A stretch of 64,000 nucleotides of DNA, taken from contig NC_135771.1 of assembly GCF_052425735.1 (NCBI RefSeq), positions 17,112,001 to 17,176,000 of the forward strand, read 5' to 3'. This document shows positions 36,328 to 48,800 of this stretch, piece after piece (positions within the stretch are counted from its first letter, which is position 1; the number at the start of each line of letters is the position of its first letter). This stretch comes from Oculina patagonica (taxonomy: Eukaryota). Below the pieces are notes generated by a model. The model was not told the origin of the DNA, ran no database searches, and worked only from the letters and a program-made list of their open reading frames with translations. The translations under genes and the position numbers were made by a program.

Positions 36328-36637
36328 CTCATACTATCACTTTGCTTACATTAAAATGAAATGTCCAGTCGATTTTGTACCTCATAATCTAACTGCCAGG
36401 TTAGGCTCATGGAATAATTGTTAATTTATAATGAGTTGGCGGTCATGGCCGAATGGCCGATCAAGCATAAAAAAAGACTCAAAATTCTTTTAGGGGTCAA
36501 AAAAAGTTTGAGCCACGCCCAGATTGGTCTCAAATTTTCCGACGAACATCCCCGTCCCTTTTATATGACAGACTCTCTACCTCAGGGTGGGTATTTTTTT
36601 GCGCGCTCAAGCCGGGCTACTCCGCTGGTGCCTCGCC

Positions 36638-37222
36638 TAGGGCTTTCCACAAGTTGCTCGAGATTTCCCAAAAAGTTGCCCGTAATTTCTCAAAAAGTTG
36701 CTCAAAAGTTGCTCCAAATATCCAAAAAGTTGCTTCTGATAATAAAAGTTGCTCAAAAGTTGCTCCAAAAAATCCAAAACGCTGCTTCTAGTCAAGAGAA
36801 TTTCTCTAAATATATGCTAATTATAGCAGTTTTATGCAATTTACAGCAAAAGAAGTATCTAAATAACATCGAAAGGGGAACATTTGTTAAATAACAACGA
36901 TTTCGTAAACTAAGAAAAATCGTGAAGATATCGATGACGTCATGTTTGCTGGCGAGTTTTGTAATGTTTTAATGCAGAATGAGCCGAAAGTTGAAACTTC
37001 TTCAGATGGTTCTTCGAAAATCTTCGGCAAACTTCGTAAATATTCGGAAACGTTCGTACTGCCTTTGAACAGCACTCGGATAGTCTTCGGAGATCTTCGG
37101 TCTGGAAATTGCTCAAAATGCAACAAGTTGCTCGAGTTGAAAAAAGTTGCTCGAAGGGGAAAAAGTTGCTCGAAACATGAAAAGTTGCCAAAAAGTTGCC
37201 GAGCAACTTGTGGAAAGCCCTA
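36638..37222. mobile_element. hAT-type MITE (585 bp)
   Basis: TIR TAGGGCTTTCCACAAGTTGCTCG / CGAGCAACTTGTGGAAAGCCCTA. Perfect 8-bp TSD GCCTCGCC (36630-37, 37223-30). AAAAGTTGCTC subrepeats. Confidence 0.9.
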
Positions 37223-37623
37223 GCCTCGCCCCTTTGCATTCCCAGCCAAATCCCGCTCGTTGCGTAGCGTAACAGACATTAACATCGAAATAAAATGTCC
37301 AGTCGATTAACTTCGCGCCTCGTTGGCTATTTACCACCTCGTAGCCAACTTGGGCTCATGGAATTCTCGTTAAATATAATGAGTTGACAGTCTAGATCGT
37401 TCCGGCATGTAAAAGGGCTCAAAATTCTTTCGGGGGTAAAAAATAAAGGCTTGAGCCAGGAGCTCCTGCCTGAGCCACACCCAGATAACGTCTAGATTGG
37501 TCTCAAATTTTCCGACAAGCATCCTCGTTCCTTTCATACTCCCTGCCTCATGGGTAGAGATATGTTTGCGCGCTCAAGCTGGGAAATCTACTCAAGTTCT
37601 TCTGCGCCCAAATAAATAGTATA

Positions 37624-38003
37624 CAATCGAAGCTCTCGTAAGCGGACACCCTCGGGACGCGAAAAAAGTGTCCGTAACTGGAGCTGGTCGCTTACGAGAA
37701 TGGTTCTCGTAAGCGGCCACTCGAGGTGTAGGGGAAGATGACCGCTTACGGGAGCTTACCCAGCTAACAATAACTGGACGGACGTGGATGACGACAAAAC
37801 AAACACTGAAATATTGGACTGTAATTACTGTAAAATCATTGTGACGAATGGCGATGTGAAGTTGATTTATAAAAACAAGATACACGGCCGCTTACGGGAA
37901 TGTAAAAATACAGAGTTTGTATGGGAGTCTAAACGGGGTTTCAGAAAAGGTGACCGTAAGAGCTGTCCGCTTACGAGAGTGTCCGTTAATACAGCTTCGA
38001 CAG
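37624..38003. mobile_element. Tc1/mariner-type MITE
   Basis: TA|CAATCGAAGCT...AGCTTCGACAG|TA with CCGCTTACG(A/G)GA subrepeats. Confidence 0.75.
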
Positions 38004-38125
38004 TATAACCTGCGATCAGGCTTTCTTTCGCCACGAGACTGGTGCCCAGTCCACTGCATGAACTCCCAGTTGACAGTCCAGTCCCCAGTTCTCAGACCTC
38101 CAACCCATAAGTCCTCGCGGGCTGA

Positions 38126-38167
38126 TTCGCGCATGCGAAATAGCTATTAGATAGCAAGATGACGTCA
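38126..38167 (+). promoter_or_regulatory. RAD23 proximal promoter motifs (NRF1-like and CRE)
   Basis: GCGCATGCG at 38129-37 and TGACGTCA at 38160-67, 140-180 bp upstream of the ATG. Confidence 0.45.
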
Positions 38168-38307
38168 GGTGGCTGGTTCTTTCTAAGGATTGCACGCTAC
38201 AGTTGTAGTACAGTGCAGTCGTTTGAGAGTTTCTTGAATTTCCTTGCTGTTCATAGTCGTCTTTAACTATCCTGGAGCTACAACTGTGTACAGATTAACC
38301 TCACAAC

Positions 38308-39807
38308 ATGTTTATAACGTTTAAGACCCTTCAACAACAGTCCTTTAAGATAGAAATAGACGAATCTGCAACGGTGAGTGTTTGACAATTTCCTTCATTT
38401 TCGTGTGGTCATCTTTCGATCTTTATGTCTAATCTTTTCAAGACCGTTTTTACCATCAAAATTGGTTGTATTTTACCCAAACTAGCTTATAGTGTACTGT
38501 GTGTCTTTTCTATTGCCATACCACGGTTTTGGCTCAATGAATTCTGTACGGTTAATTCAATTTTACGATTGAGATAAGTTGTTCAACTTAACTTAAATTC
38601 TCCTTCCGGCGATACGTTAAAACATTAGCGTTGCTTTTAAGACTGCTAATCCCATTGTCTCTAAAAGATATGGTAGTCTATAGAGTTATAGGTAAAATGT
38701 ATGACTATAGTGGCCTCCCCAGATGTGTATATTCTGTGCTCCTTTAAAAGAATTTGATTTTTCTACAAGCAATTGAATGGCGATACATTTGTTATCAGTT
38801 TAATACTCTCGTAACTTTTATATTGTGACCGTTTCATGATCTTTGTTCACTTTTATCTTTGTATTTTCTCAAATTTCGTAGTTGTTTTCCTTGACAATAT
38901 TTCACTTTCGCAGTGATTTGATCCTTAGTTGATGTTCAGACATCCATGCTTGCTGTACATACTTTTGTAATGCTATTAATTAATTGTAAATATATCTAGT
39001 GTTAATTAACTCTAGATTTAAGATGCAATAGGCCAGGAAATTAACTGTTAAACATTATTGTAAATAGCTGGTTATTTTTAAATCACTTATATTCTAAGTA
39101 TTATTTTTAATTTTATTTTGTAGGGCGCATTTGATCATATGTATATGTTAATTTGCACCATACAAGTTTTAAATATTATTAAATATTATAATTATCATTG
39201 AAACCGATACTTTTTGTTGTGTATTACAACAATACAAGCAAATGTGTTACAGAAATGACAGTTTCTTTTGTCTATATTTTCTTGGCTAAGGGAAAATAAA
39301 TTGCACGTTATCAAATTAATGGACGTGAACACATCTGGGTCCAGCAGTATAGATTTAGGCAAGCCTAAAAGCGGAGCTCCCCATTTATTTAATTTTCACT
39401 GGAGCTTACAATGTTTTGATTCTAGTGAATAAGCGGCCAAAGTACTAATGTTTATGGCGGTTTATAGGTGCGACACAAATTTAAATAGCTCACGGTTATA
39501 CCGGGTGGTTATACTGAATGTCAGCAGTACGACAAAAATAATAATCTTAAAGCGGGGCAAAATCATTACTCATGGCACGAAAAATTACTTTAGAGTACAG
39601 TAAATTATCTGCTTTCTAGCAATAGAAAATAGTTTCGCGATCCTGTTATAGTTTCGCAGCAGTTTAGTAGACTCCACAATATTTATTACATTGATATAGG
39701 ATATATTCAACGTGCATTTCAGAGTCTGTCGGATTAGCTCAATCGGTAAGGTGCCAGTCTGCTGATCTGGAGGTCGTGAGTTCAAATCTCAGAGGGTCAA
39801 GTTTTTT

Positions 39808-39840
<33 letters not shown>

Positions 39841-42800
39841 ACCCCATAGCAATAAAATGGTTTGTTTATTCTATCAACCCGATTTAGCTTTCGAATGCTC
39901 CTTCATGTATGATGCTGGCTTTACAGATAGACACGAAAGTCATCGATCGATTATGGCTCTCAATGTCCACTTTTTTGGCGGTCGATTACTTTCTACACAT
40001 AATTTTCAGCCACATTTTGTTTCATTGCTTCTTGTTTTTCTTTTCAAACCTCTTTAAATTTTAAAGGCTGCCTTTATACGGCCGCCTTTATACGGCCTTC
40101 TTGCTTCACTATGGCCGCCATGTTGCGCGACTCCGTACGGACGCCGTACGTACGCGCCCGCGAACCATGCCGCTATCCATGTTGACCATGAAAACTCATT
40201 TCGATAGTGTTCCTTCTTTCATGGTTATGGTGCTACGCTTAGGAGCTCCGCTATTATAATTATCATCAAACCGATACTTTTTGTTACAAGTGTATTACAA
40301 CAATACAAGCAAATGTGTTACAGAAATGACAGTTTCTTTTGTCTATATTTTCTTGGCTAAGGGAAAAAAAATTGCACGTTATCAAATTAATGGACGTGAA
40401 CACATCTGGGTCCAGCAGTTTAAAGGGTGGATAACACTGGCTTTCCTTACTTTTAAGGGACTCGCGCTATATAGGGAAAACAACTGTCTAAATGCTCGCA
40501 CAAAATGGCGTAAGCAAATGGCGAATTTATTAAGAATATTGTCACGTACAATTAACGGTAAGTGAATTTACAAGTCAAAGAAGGCAATTTTTTAAAATTA
40601 ACAAATTTAGAACGAGTAAAAGAAGGCAAGATCTCGCACTAACAAATCAAAAGTGTTATTGTAGCGACCTCTGTACATACAAATTTCTTCGTTCTTTACA
40701 GAAATTGCGTAGTCTAAATTGGTCATTTTCACCATTTTGCGCGAGCATGTAGACAGTTGTTTTCCCTATATAGCGCGAGTCCCTCAAAAGTAAGGAAAGC
40801 CATAACACTTTATTTACTGGATAAACCGCTATCCAGTGGATAAGTGTTGACAAAACATGCCGTGCTATCCACTGGATAGTGAGTTACCTATACTAATGGA
40901 TATTGTTAAAAATATATTTAACTATGCTTTAAACAACTGGATTTATCTTACATGTACATGTTTGTTCACAAGTCAAAATGGATTGCAAAGCATTCTGTAG
41001 CACAATTGCCAGTAAATCAGGATTTGATTTTATGATTTATTGTCATGTTTCATCACTTCATAGAAACAGAATTAATGTTTTCTATTTGTTATGTAGAAGA
41101 GTTGGAAATGTCATATCACTGTTCATGTCCGCCGTTAGAGCTGTTGATACCATTAAAATAAGATGCAGCTAAGATGCACCTTATACAAGCAATTTAAGTC
41201 TAGATTTAGACATGTCTTCAAGAAGACTAGCCCAAACCCTGTTCAAAAATAAGCTGTGTCCCGTTTTAGATGCACATTGTTTTAGTTGCAAGACAGGGTT
41301 TTGTAACATTTATACGTCCAGATGACATCTTATTTTAGTTGTGTCTTATTTTACTGTCTTATTTCTCTTACATTGTATATACATAGCCCTATTGTTTGTC
41401 CAAAAATTAACACAGCACATTTCACATATCAGGTAGCAGATCTAAAAAACAAACTTGAAACAGAGAAAGGAAAAGATGAATATCCTAAAGCCAACGTCAG
41501 ACTTATATATGCTGGTAAGTACATGCATCAATGGCATATGCCTTTTAAACTAGAAAACTACATGTAGAAGCAATAATTTATCTTTACTAAACAGTATAAA
41601 TTATGCTGTCAGATGATCACATAATACAAAGTAATAAAAAATTCTTTACCTCCTGGCTTAATATTTTTCTCCAGTGTCAGTGTTTAGAACTGTTAGCTAA
41701 AAACTCTTAGTTAGCAAAATGTTGGAGAGAATTCTTTTTTAGTGTAGCTAGTCCATCAACTTGGAATAATTTGTGTGAAAAGCTAGAATGATACAGTACT
41801 GTACATGTCCAGGGTTCTTTTATTATCTTTAATCTTTTGATCTGAATATCAAATACAGTGAAATCTCGATTTCTTGACCTTCTGAAAATTCGAACAAGAA
41901 ATTGGTTTCCCTTCAGTTTGCTCCACCTTGTCCAATATAATTGCAATTATACTCCAAAAAAATTCACAAACCAAATTAAATTTTCATTTCCCTTGAAGAT
42001 TGGAGAAATCAGGTTTTCACTGTTGTAATCTTATGTTACAGTGTGACTACTCCAACAAGGCCACCCAAGCAAATTCTTCACAAATTGATCAATAGTGTTT
42101 GCATGTTAAAAATGGTCACAAATGTATTGCTTTTGTAACATCTCTACATGCAGCTGGTGTAGATCCACACACTTGTGGGAAATCTATTGTTTACACACAA
42201 GGTTTTCATTCTCTATTTTGCACAGTGGTCGCACTGTAATTTATTGTTCCACTTTTGAAATAAGGTGCGGCGATTCTTTGTTTTTAGGCAAAATATTAAA
42301 TGATGACCAGCCGTTGACAGAGTACAAAATAGACGAAAAGGGATTTGTTGTTGTCATGGTAACAAAGGTAAAAATCCTTTCTAATATTTTTCAAACTATG
42401 TAACTTACATGTATTCAACACATGAACAATGTACATGTAACTGAAAACGCTTTCCTTCAGATGTTTGATGTGGTCGCCATTTTCTTTTCACTGTACTCTT
42501 AAATCCCTTGATAGCCCAACCCTGAACAAATAAAGGCTTTACTCAGTACTACCATTGTCTTTTTCAGAGGATTGCGTATATCTGTATGAATTTTACACTC
42601 GTTTCCCTGTTTGCCAGCGTGCGCAACATTTGTTGCAGACCCAAAATTTGTCTGAGACACAAAAAGGTTTCTGATTTTTTTCAGAAACGTTTTGTGCCGA
42701 AACAAATGTTTCCCAGTTTGCACAGCAGAGAAATTTATTACATTTATTTTGGTGGGCGGTCCTTTGCTCAGCCAAGAAACATCACCAGCAACAATGAGTC

Positions 42801-45800
42801 CTCGTTTGCCACAGCCTAAGGTAACTGTTTTTTTTTTTTTTTTTTTCAGCCTAAGGCTGCACCAGCCCCAGCACCAAGTCAGCCTGTGACAACACCTCAG
42901 GTACAATTTATACCTGATTGAAAAACCGTTGACCCATGAAAAGCATGAACCATGAAGATGTATGATGCAACCCAAATGTTTACTGGGAAATCAAAAAAAA
43001 AATAATCATCATTCTGTGACAGGATAAACATCATAAGAAGACAAGTTGCATAAATCATGCTCTTTAGGCTATCAAAGAATTTTGTGAAATGATAATTCAT
43101 AACATGGTATTCCATGCCAATCAGACAGTGACAAAATGCAAACTGTATTATATTTTTTTATAGCCCACAGCAGCGACAGCCACAGATAGTACTTCCAGAT
43201 CTGCTGAAGAATCTAAGCCTGAAAGGTGAGTACTTCCTTAAATTGTGCTGTAAAAGTACACAGCATCAAGAACTTGAACCAAAAGTCATTTCTTTAGGAT
43301 TTTTAGTCTTTTCCCAATTTCTCAAACCAATTTCCGTTTCCCTTGGAGGTATGAAAAATATGTTGAAATTCCACCATTGATATAATCATGTACAATGTAA
43401 ATAGCCGTATACCACTGCTTGCATGTACATTTTGTTCATTTGTATTTATTTTTGTTATTGTTTGGAAGTCTTAATAGCAACAATCATCAACTTACCTTAT
43501 TCTTACTAATTTTTGTGGAGTCGCATTTCCTGAGTATTAATTTTCACGATTGCAAAAAAAAATAGAGCAAAATTGTATTAAATTTCAAGATTTTGTCAGT
43601 GTTTTATGGATCAGTTGACAAAGACTAAGGGACAACTGGAAATTGACAAAGGTCTGGCTCAATGTAACTACAAGGAGCCTGCAAACCGAAACTGGTTCAA
43701 TCAGTAATCAGAGGAAGGGTGTTAGTCAAAAACAAGACAGAGCCTATTTTCAAGGATAGATACCGTATTTATTCGGTTATAAGGCGCACTCGGTTATAAA
43801 ACACACCCCAAACTTGGCAACTTTGTCATGCTAAGTTTCCAAACTGAAAATTCTCCAAAAACACTTGGTTATAAGACGCACCATGAGTTGGAGAGTTGTA
43901 AAGATTCGGTGATCAATTTTTGGACAGTTCTTCTTACAGAATTTGAATGATTGAATGTTGTTCATACTCCTTGGCACAATCTTCAAGTGAAAAGGTAACA
44001 TTTCTTGCTAAAAAAGACGTAAATCCACTTGAGCAAAACATCTTTCCATCGTTCACGCTTTGAATTTAGCTGCTTAGTAACCTGGCAGATGTGCAGTTTC
44101 CAGTAACCACTGAGTTTGTAGCTTGGTTACCAAGTTCTCAAGCATGCTTCGTATTTTATTGCTTCATACTTTGTTTATCGAGTGGTTTTGAAAGATTCTC
44201 AAGCTTTTTTGGTGTTTTCCCTGTCTTCTAAAGTCATTTCCAACATTCCATGCTTAGAAAGGTTTGTTTCAAATGAGTATGCTTGATTTTCTTTGTCTGT
44301 TTCAACAAAATGCTGGCATTGACACGTGTTGCTAAAGCTTGTTTATACTGACAATAAACTTTACGTAGAAACTTGCTGTTTCTTATATCTGTTTTCTTGT
44401 TTTAAAAGTCAATGACCAACATTAGTGTTTTCATTTTTCTTGTTTTATTTGTAAGTTCCGGTAAAATGGCGGTCATAAGATTTTGTTGGGCGAAAATACT
44501 CGGCTATATATAAGACGCACACCAATTTTGGCATAAACTTCCCACAGAAAAACAGATTTTCATTGAAAAAACTGTGCGCCTTATAACTGAATAAATACGG
44601 TAATTGCAGTTCCAAACAGTAATTTTTATTGTTTTGATGATTATATACAGTATTAATTTTCATGTGTTTAAATTTTGCGTAATGTTTTTTTTTTTTTCAT
44701 GTGTATTAAACTTCGTGATTATTTTAAAATCGGGAAAATTAGTAAGAATAAGGTACAACAATATTAAATTTTTCATTATGTATTGTCTGATATCCCCTTA
44801 TCATCATCACTTGTAGCACGGAAACTGCCAAGCCACCAGCCACAGAAGAGCCTGAATCAACGACAACTCCAGCTGTTTCTACTTCGGCGCCAGCATCTAG
44901 TGCAGAGCAAGCTCTGTCTACTGCTGAGTCTACACTTGGTAAGAAAACTGTTATACATAAACTTGCAAGCCTGTTAGAAGCTTATCTGTTGTTTTGTGTT
45001 CTTGTAGGTGAAGTATTTTGGCTTAGTGGCCAGCGGCTCCCTTCAGTTTCCCTAGCATAAAGTGACTAGGAAGTATTTTTTATGTAATCTCCCCACCCGT
45101 AGATGGGATGCAAGTCCACTGCAGGGTTACCCCCAGTGTTTTATTTGCCAGTACCAATTCAGCCGGGCTGCCATTAAGTTTTTATGCAGCCGTTACATTG
45201 AAGTTATCACCCATACCATTTTCACACTGTACGCAAGTCTAATGTAACACCAATCAATAGCTTTAAACCCGTAACATCCAGTGAACTCAGCCATATTATT
45301 AACACGTGTTACAGGTTATGGCCCTTAATGACAGCCCTGCAATTTCACCTGGGTGGAAGGCGTGTTAACCTAATGGTTAGTGCACTGGACTCCGGATTGA
45401 GCAGTCCAAATTTGAGCCCTGGCCGTAGCAATGTATTATGTTCTTTGGCAAGACACTTGACTCTTATAGTGTCTCTCTCTAGCCAGGTGTATAAATAGGT
45501 ACTGGCAAATTAATGCTGGTGTAACACTGGGATGGACTAGCATCCCATCCAGGGGGTTTCCACTGATCGAGTATACTTGACAAGAAAGGGCTCTGCACCA
45601 ATTGAGTCAAATCTTTGTTGAGCATGGGTGCACCTTATGCACGGCTGCTTTAACTTTGCATGAGGAGGACCACTACTGTAAATCTTAGCATGCGCACACG
45701 GAATGGCGTGACGGATCTTACACGACGGCATCAACAAAATTGTTTTGTTTTACAAATTGTTTTCTTTAAAGAGCCTCTGAATTCCTTCAGTAAAAACATG

Positions 45801-48800
45801 TCAAGCACCACTTGAGGTCTTTTCACTGCTATATGGTAGAGCTGTGTGATTTTGTCTGTGAAATTCCTTTTTGGTTTGCGGCAAAAGGTGAGATGTTAAA
45901 TGGCCTACAAGCTGCATGCTCACACAAACAACAGAAAAGGGCAAGAGCATTTGTCAGCTCCAAGAGAGCATTCTTTCGGCTCTGTGTTGAACTTAATTTT
46001 TCCAAATAATTAATTATCCTGACTGACTAGCCAAACTTTGGTGATGCAGCGACTTCAAAGAATTGATGCGATTTATTCATCTAGACTCTTTCTTCCCAAA
46101 TCCCAGCCACAGGGAAGTTACATGTAAAAGAGGCTCTTCTTGCAGGCTGGTACATGTGAGTTAAAAGCTCTCATCTCATTTCTAATGAGAGGAGTTTCTC
46201 GTCTTGTGATATGACTACGAAAGTCTCTCCATACCGTAGTCTCATTTCCTGAGATGGTGGTAGCTTACTTTTGAGCTTAAGTGTAATTTTGTAAAACCAT
46301 TTTCAAGCATTGTTTTCTTTGCAGTGACTGGGTCAGCCTATGAAACAATGATAACTGAAATAATGTCGATGGGATTTGAGAGACCTCAGGTTTGTCATTA
46401 TGGTTATAGACTGAATTATTAACTAAAAGGCGACTGAACTTAAAAAAAGTTCAGACCTGATTTCTGCCACATGCCCTCAGTTAAGCACCTGTCCTTGAAA
46501 AAAGCACCCCTAAAGTTCTAATAACATGAATGGAATAATAAGCACCCCCTCAAGATTGAGCTCCCAAAATAAATTAAGTGCCCAGGGCACTAAATTGAGC
46601 CTTAACAGTACTCAATCCACTCCATGATACCTTATTCTTACTAATTTTCGCAAGTACTGATTTTCGCGATTTTCGTGATTTCAAAATAATCACGAAATTT
46701 AGTACATGTGCGCACGAAAAAAACATTGCGCAAAATTTAAACACGCGAAAATTAATACCATATTATATATCACAACAGTTAAAATTTTAAATGTTTGGAA
46801 CTGCAACTATCTACCTTTAAAAAATATCTTTCCATCTTGTTTTTGACTAGCACCCTTCCTCTGATTACTGTTTAGAGCTTGTAAATTGGTTCAAAACCTC
46901 TTTAGTACAGTCACTAAAGTTTCCATTTGCAGGCTCCTTGTAGTTACATTCAGCCAGAACTTTGTGTATTTCCAGTGGTTCCTTAGTCGTTGACGACTGA
47001 TCCATAAAACACTGACAAAATCACGGAATTTAATACACTTTTTCTCTAATTCTTCTTGCAATTGCGAAAATTAATACTCGCGAAATTCGCCTCTCGAATT
47101 TTCGTGAAATAAAGTACGCGCCAAAATAGGTAAGAATAAGGTAAATCCATTCATTACTGATCGCTGTTTTTTGACAGGTTGAAAGAGCCCTACGAGCAAG
47201 TTTTAACAATCCAGACAGAGCTGTGGAATACCTGATGACAGTGAGTGTCCTTCCCTAAACACATGCAATCTTCTCTCTGTGACAATCGCTATGTTGTGTC
47301 GTAATACTTCTTGTCCTAGATAGTGCTAGAACAGGGTTGCCACAGGTCAGGAAATTTATGGTCTGGGAATAAAAAAATTAATTATTCAAGGTCGCGGAAA
47401 AGTCAGGGAATTTTATTTTAAGGCAGGGATAATTGAAATATAACACGTATGATTTCAAACAATTGATGGCTGGAAAAATCATTTCAGGTCAATGTGATCT
47501 CAGGAATGTTTTTTTTTAATGTTTTTTTTTTTTTTAAGTGAATGCTAAGTTACAGTGTATATCTGACTTTTTGCATTTATTTGGTCAGGGAAATTTTATT
47601 TCTATCAAGGAAAAGTCAGGAATATTTTGAAAACTGACGTCTGTGGTCACCATGTAGAAACACATTAAATTTTTTTGATTATCGTATTGTGTTGTTTTAC
47701 ATGTAGGAATTACAGTATCCATAACCCCAACAGAAGTAACAGAATAGAAAGAAACAAAAAACAGAAAATTCCAGTATAGCTCTATACTTTCCTTCAAAAA
47801 TTTGGCTTTTGAAACCACCTACCCTTTGGAATTTCCAGTGACCTTTCATTGAGTGGATATAAATATATATTATAGAACCCTTAAGCTGGTAGAACTTAGT
47901 TAAGTCCTTGACATAACCACCAACAGATTCTCACATACATTTTTTACACCCCTCCCAAATGCACTCTTATAAATACACTTGGCTACATGTATGAAAATGT
48001 GCAGGCATATCAAAAATGCAAGTCGGGAGGTGCAATGACCTAATAGTTAGTATTCTGGACTCCAAATCAAGTGGTCAGGTTCGATCCCTGGCTAGGGTCA
48101 ATGTGTTGTGTTCTTGGGCGAGACACTTCCCTTACAGTGCCTCCTGTCATCCAGGAGTACTGAAAAAATTTAAGCTGGGGGTGTTCCCCTGTGATGGATG
48201 AGCACCCATCCTTGGGGGAGGTAGATTATATCTGCATTGCGTTACAGCAACTGGAGTTAAGTACCTGCTATGAGCTTCTAGACTTCATGTAGAACATGGG
48301 CTTTATCTAGGATGTATGTCAGGACTTTGTTTCTGGCTGAGCAATGTCTGCTATTTGTTGATTAATTTTACAACTATTTTTTGTATTTATCACTGTATTA
48401 TTTTAGGGTATACCTGATCTGCCTGCGGAACCCCAGGCCCCTGAGGAACACGAAGAACAACAAGAAGAGGGAGGGGATGAAGCTCCAGCATCAGGAGGTC
48501 TTTTTACAACATTAACATGTTAATTATGTATTAAAAATATTAGATTATAATAATTATACTGTAAAATTCTGATGATAAAACCTGGTGTTATTTTGTTTAA
48601 AATGATCTTTAGCTGGCTTGTTATCGGAAGGGCTTATCAGAGAATTTGGCTTATAAATGGTTGGCTTATAATCCACAGTACGCAAAAAGAGGGCAACTTG
48701 TACACTTACCCATACATGTAATTCTTAGCACACAAAAAAACTAAAAATGCTTATAGATGCATGTACGCACATAAAAGTTTCAAAACCTTCAAACTTCTTT

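Larger units (their letters stand above)
34480..36425. mobile_element. Interspersed repeat (same family as 56516-57455, opposite orientation), host to three nested insertions
   Basis: After removing the inserts, segments such as GTTTGACCTTATATTGGAAATAAGTGCGG|CAAGTGCCGC and CTCATACT|ATCACTTTGCTTACATTAAAATGAAATGTCCAGTCGA align to the reverse complement of 56650-57375. Confidence 0.75.

Noticed and set aside
36418-37337. 158-aa ORF and neighbours with KVAQKLL repeats
   Set aside because: Translation of AAAAGTTGCTC subterminal repeats of the hAT MITE.
39724-39800. Functional tRNA-Ser(GCT)
   Set aside because: No paired acceptor stem, no long variable arm, and it lies inside a mobile element; treated as a SINE-head/pseudo-tRNA.
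42812-42856. Direct repeat CAGCCTAAGG suggesting a 6-nt microexon (CCTAAG, 42815-20) before RAD23 exon 4
   Set aside because: The implied intron is only 29 nt, and the first copy looks like the end of a Harbinger-type remnant (~42595-42818); probably coincidence.
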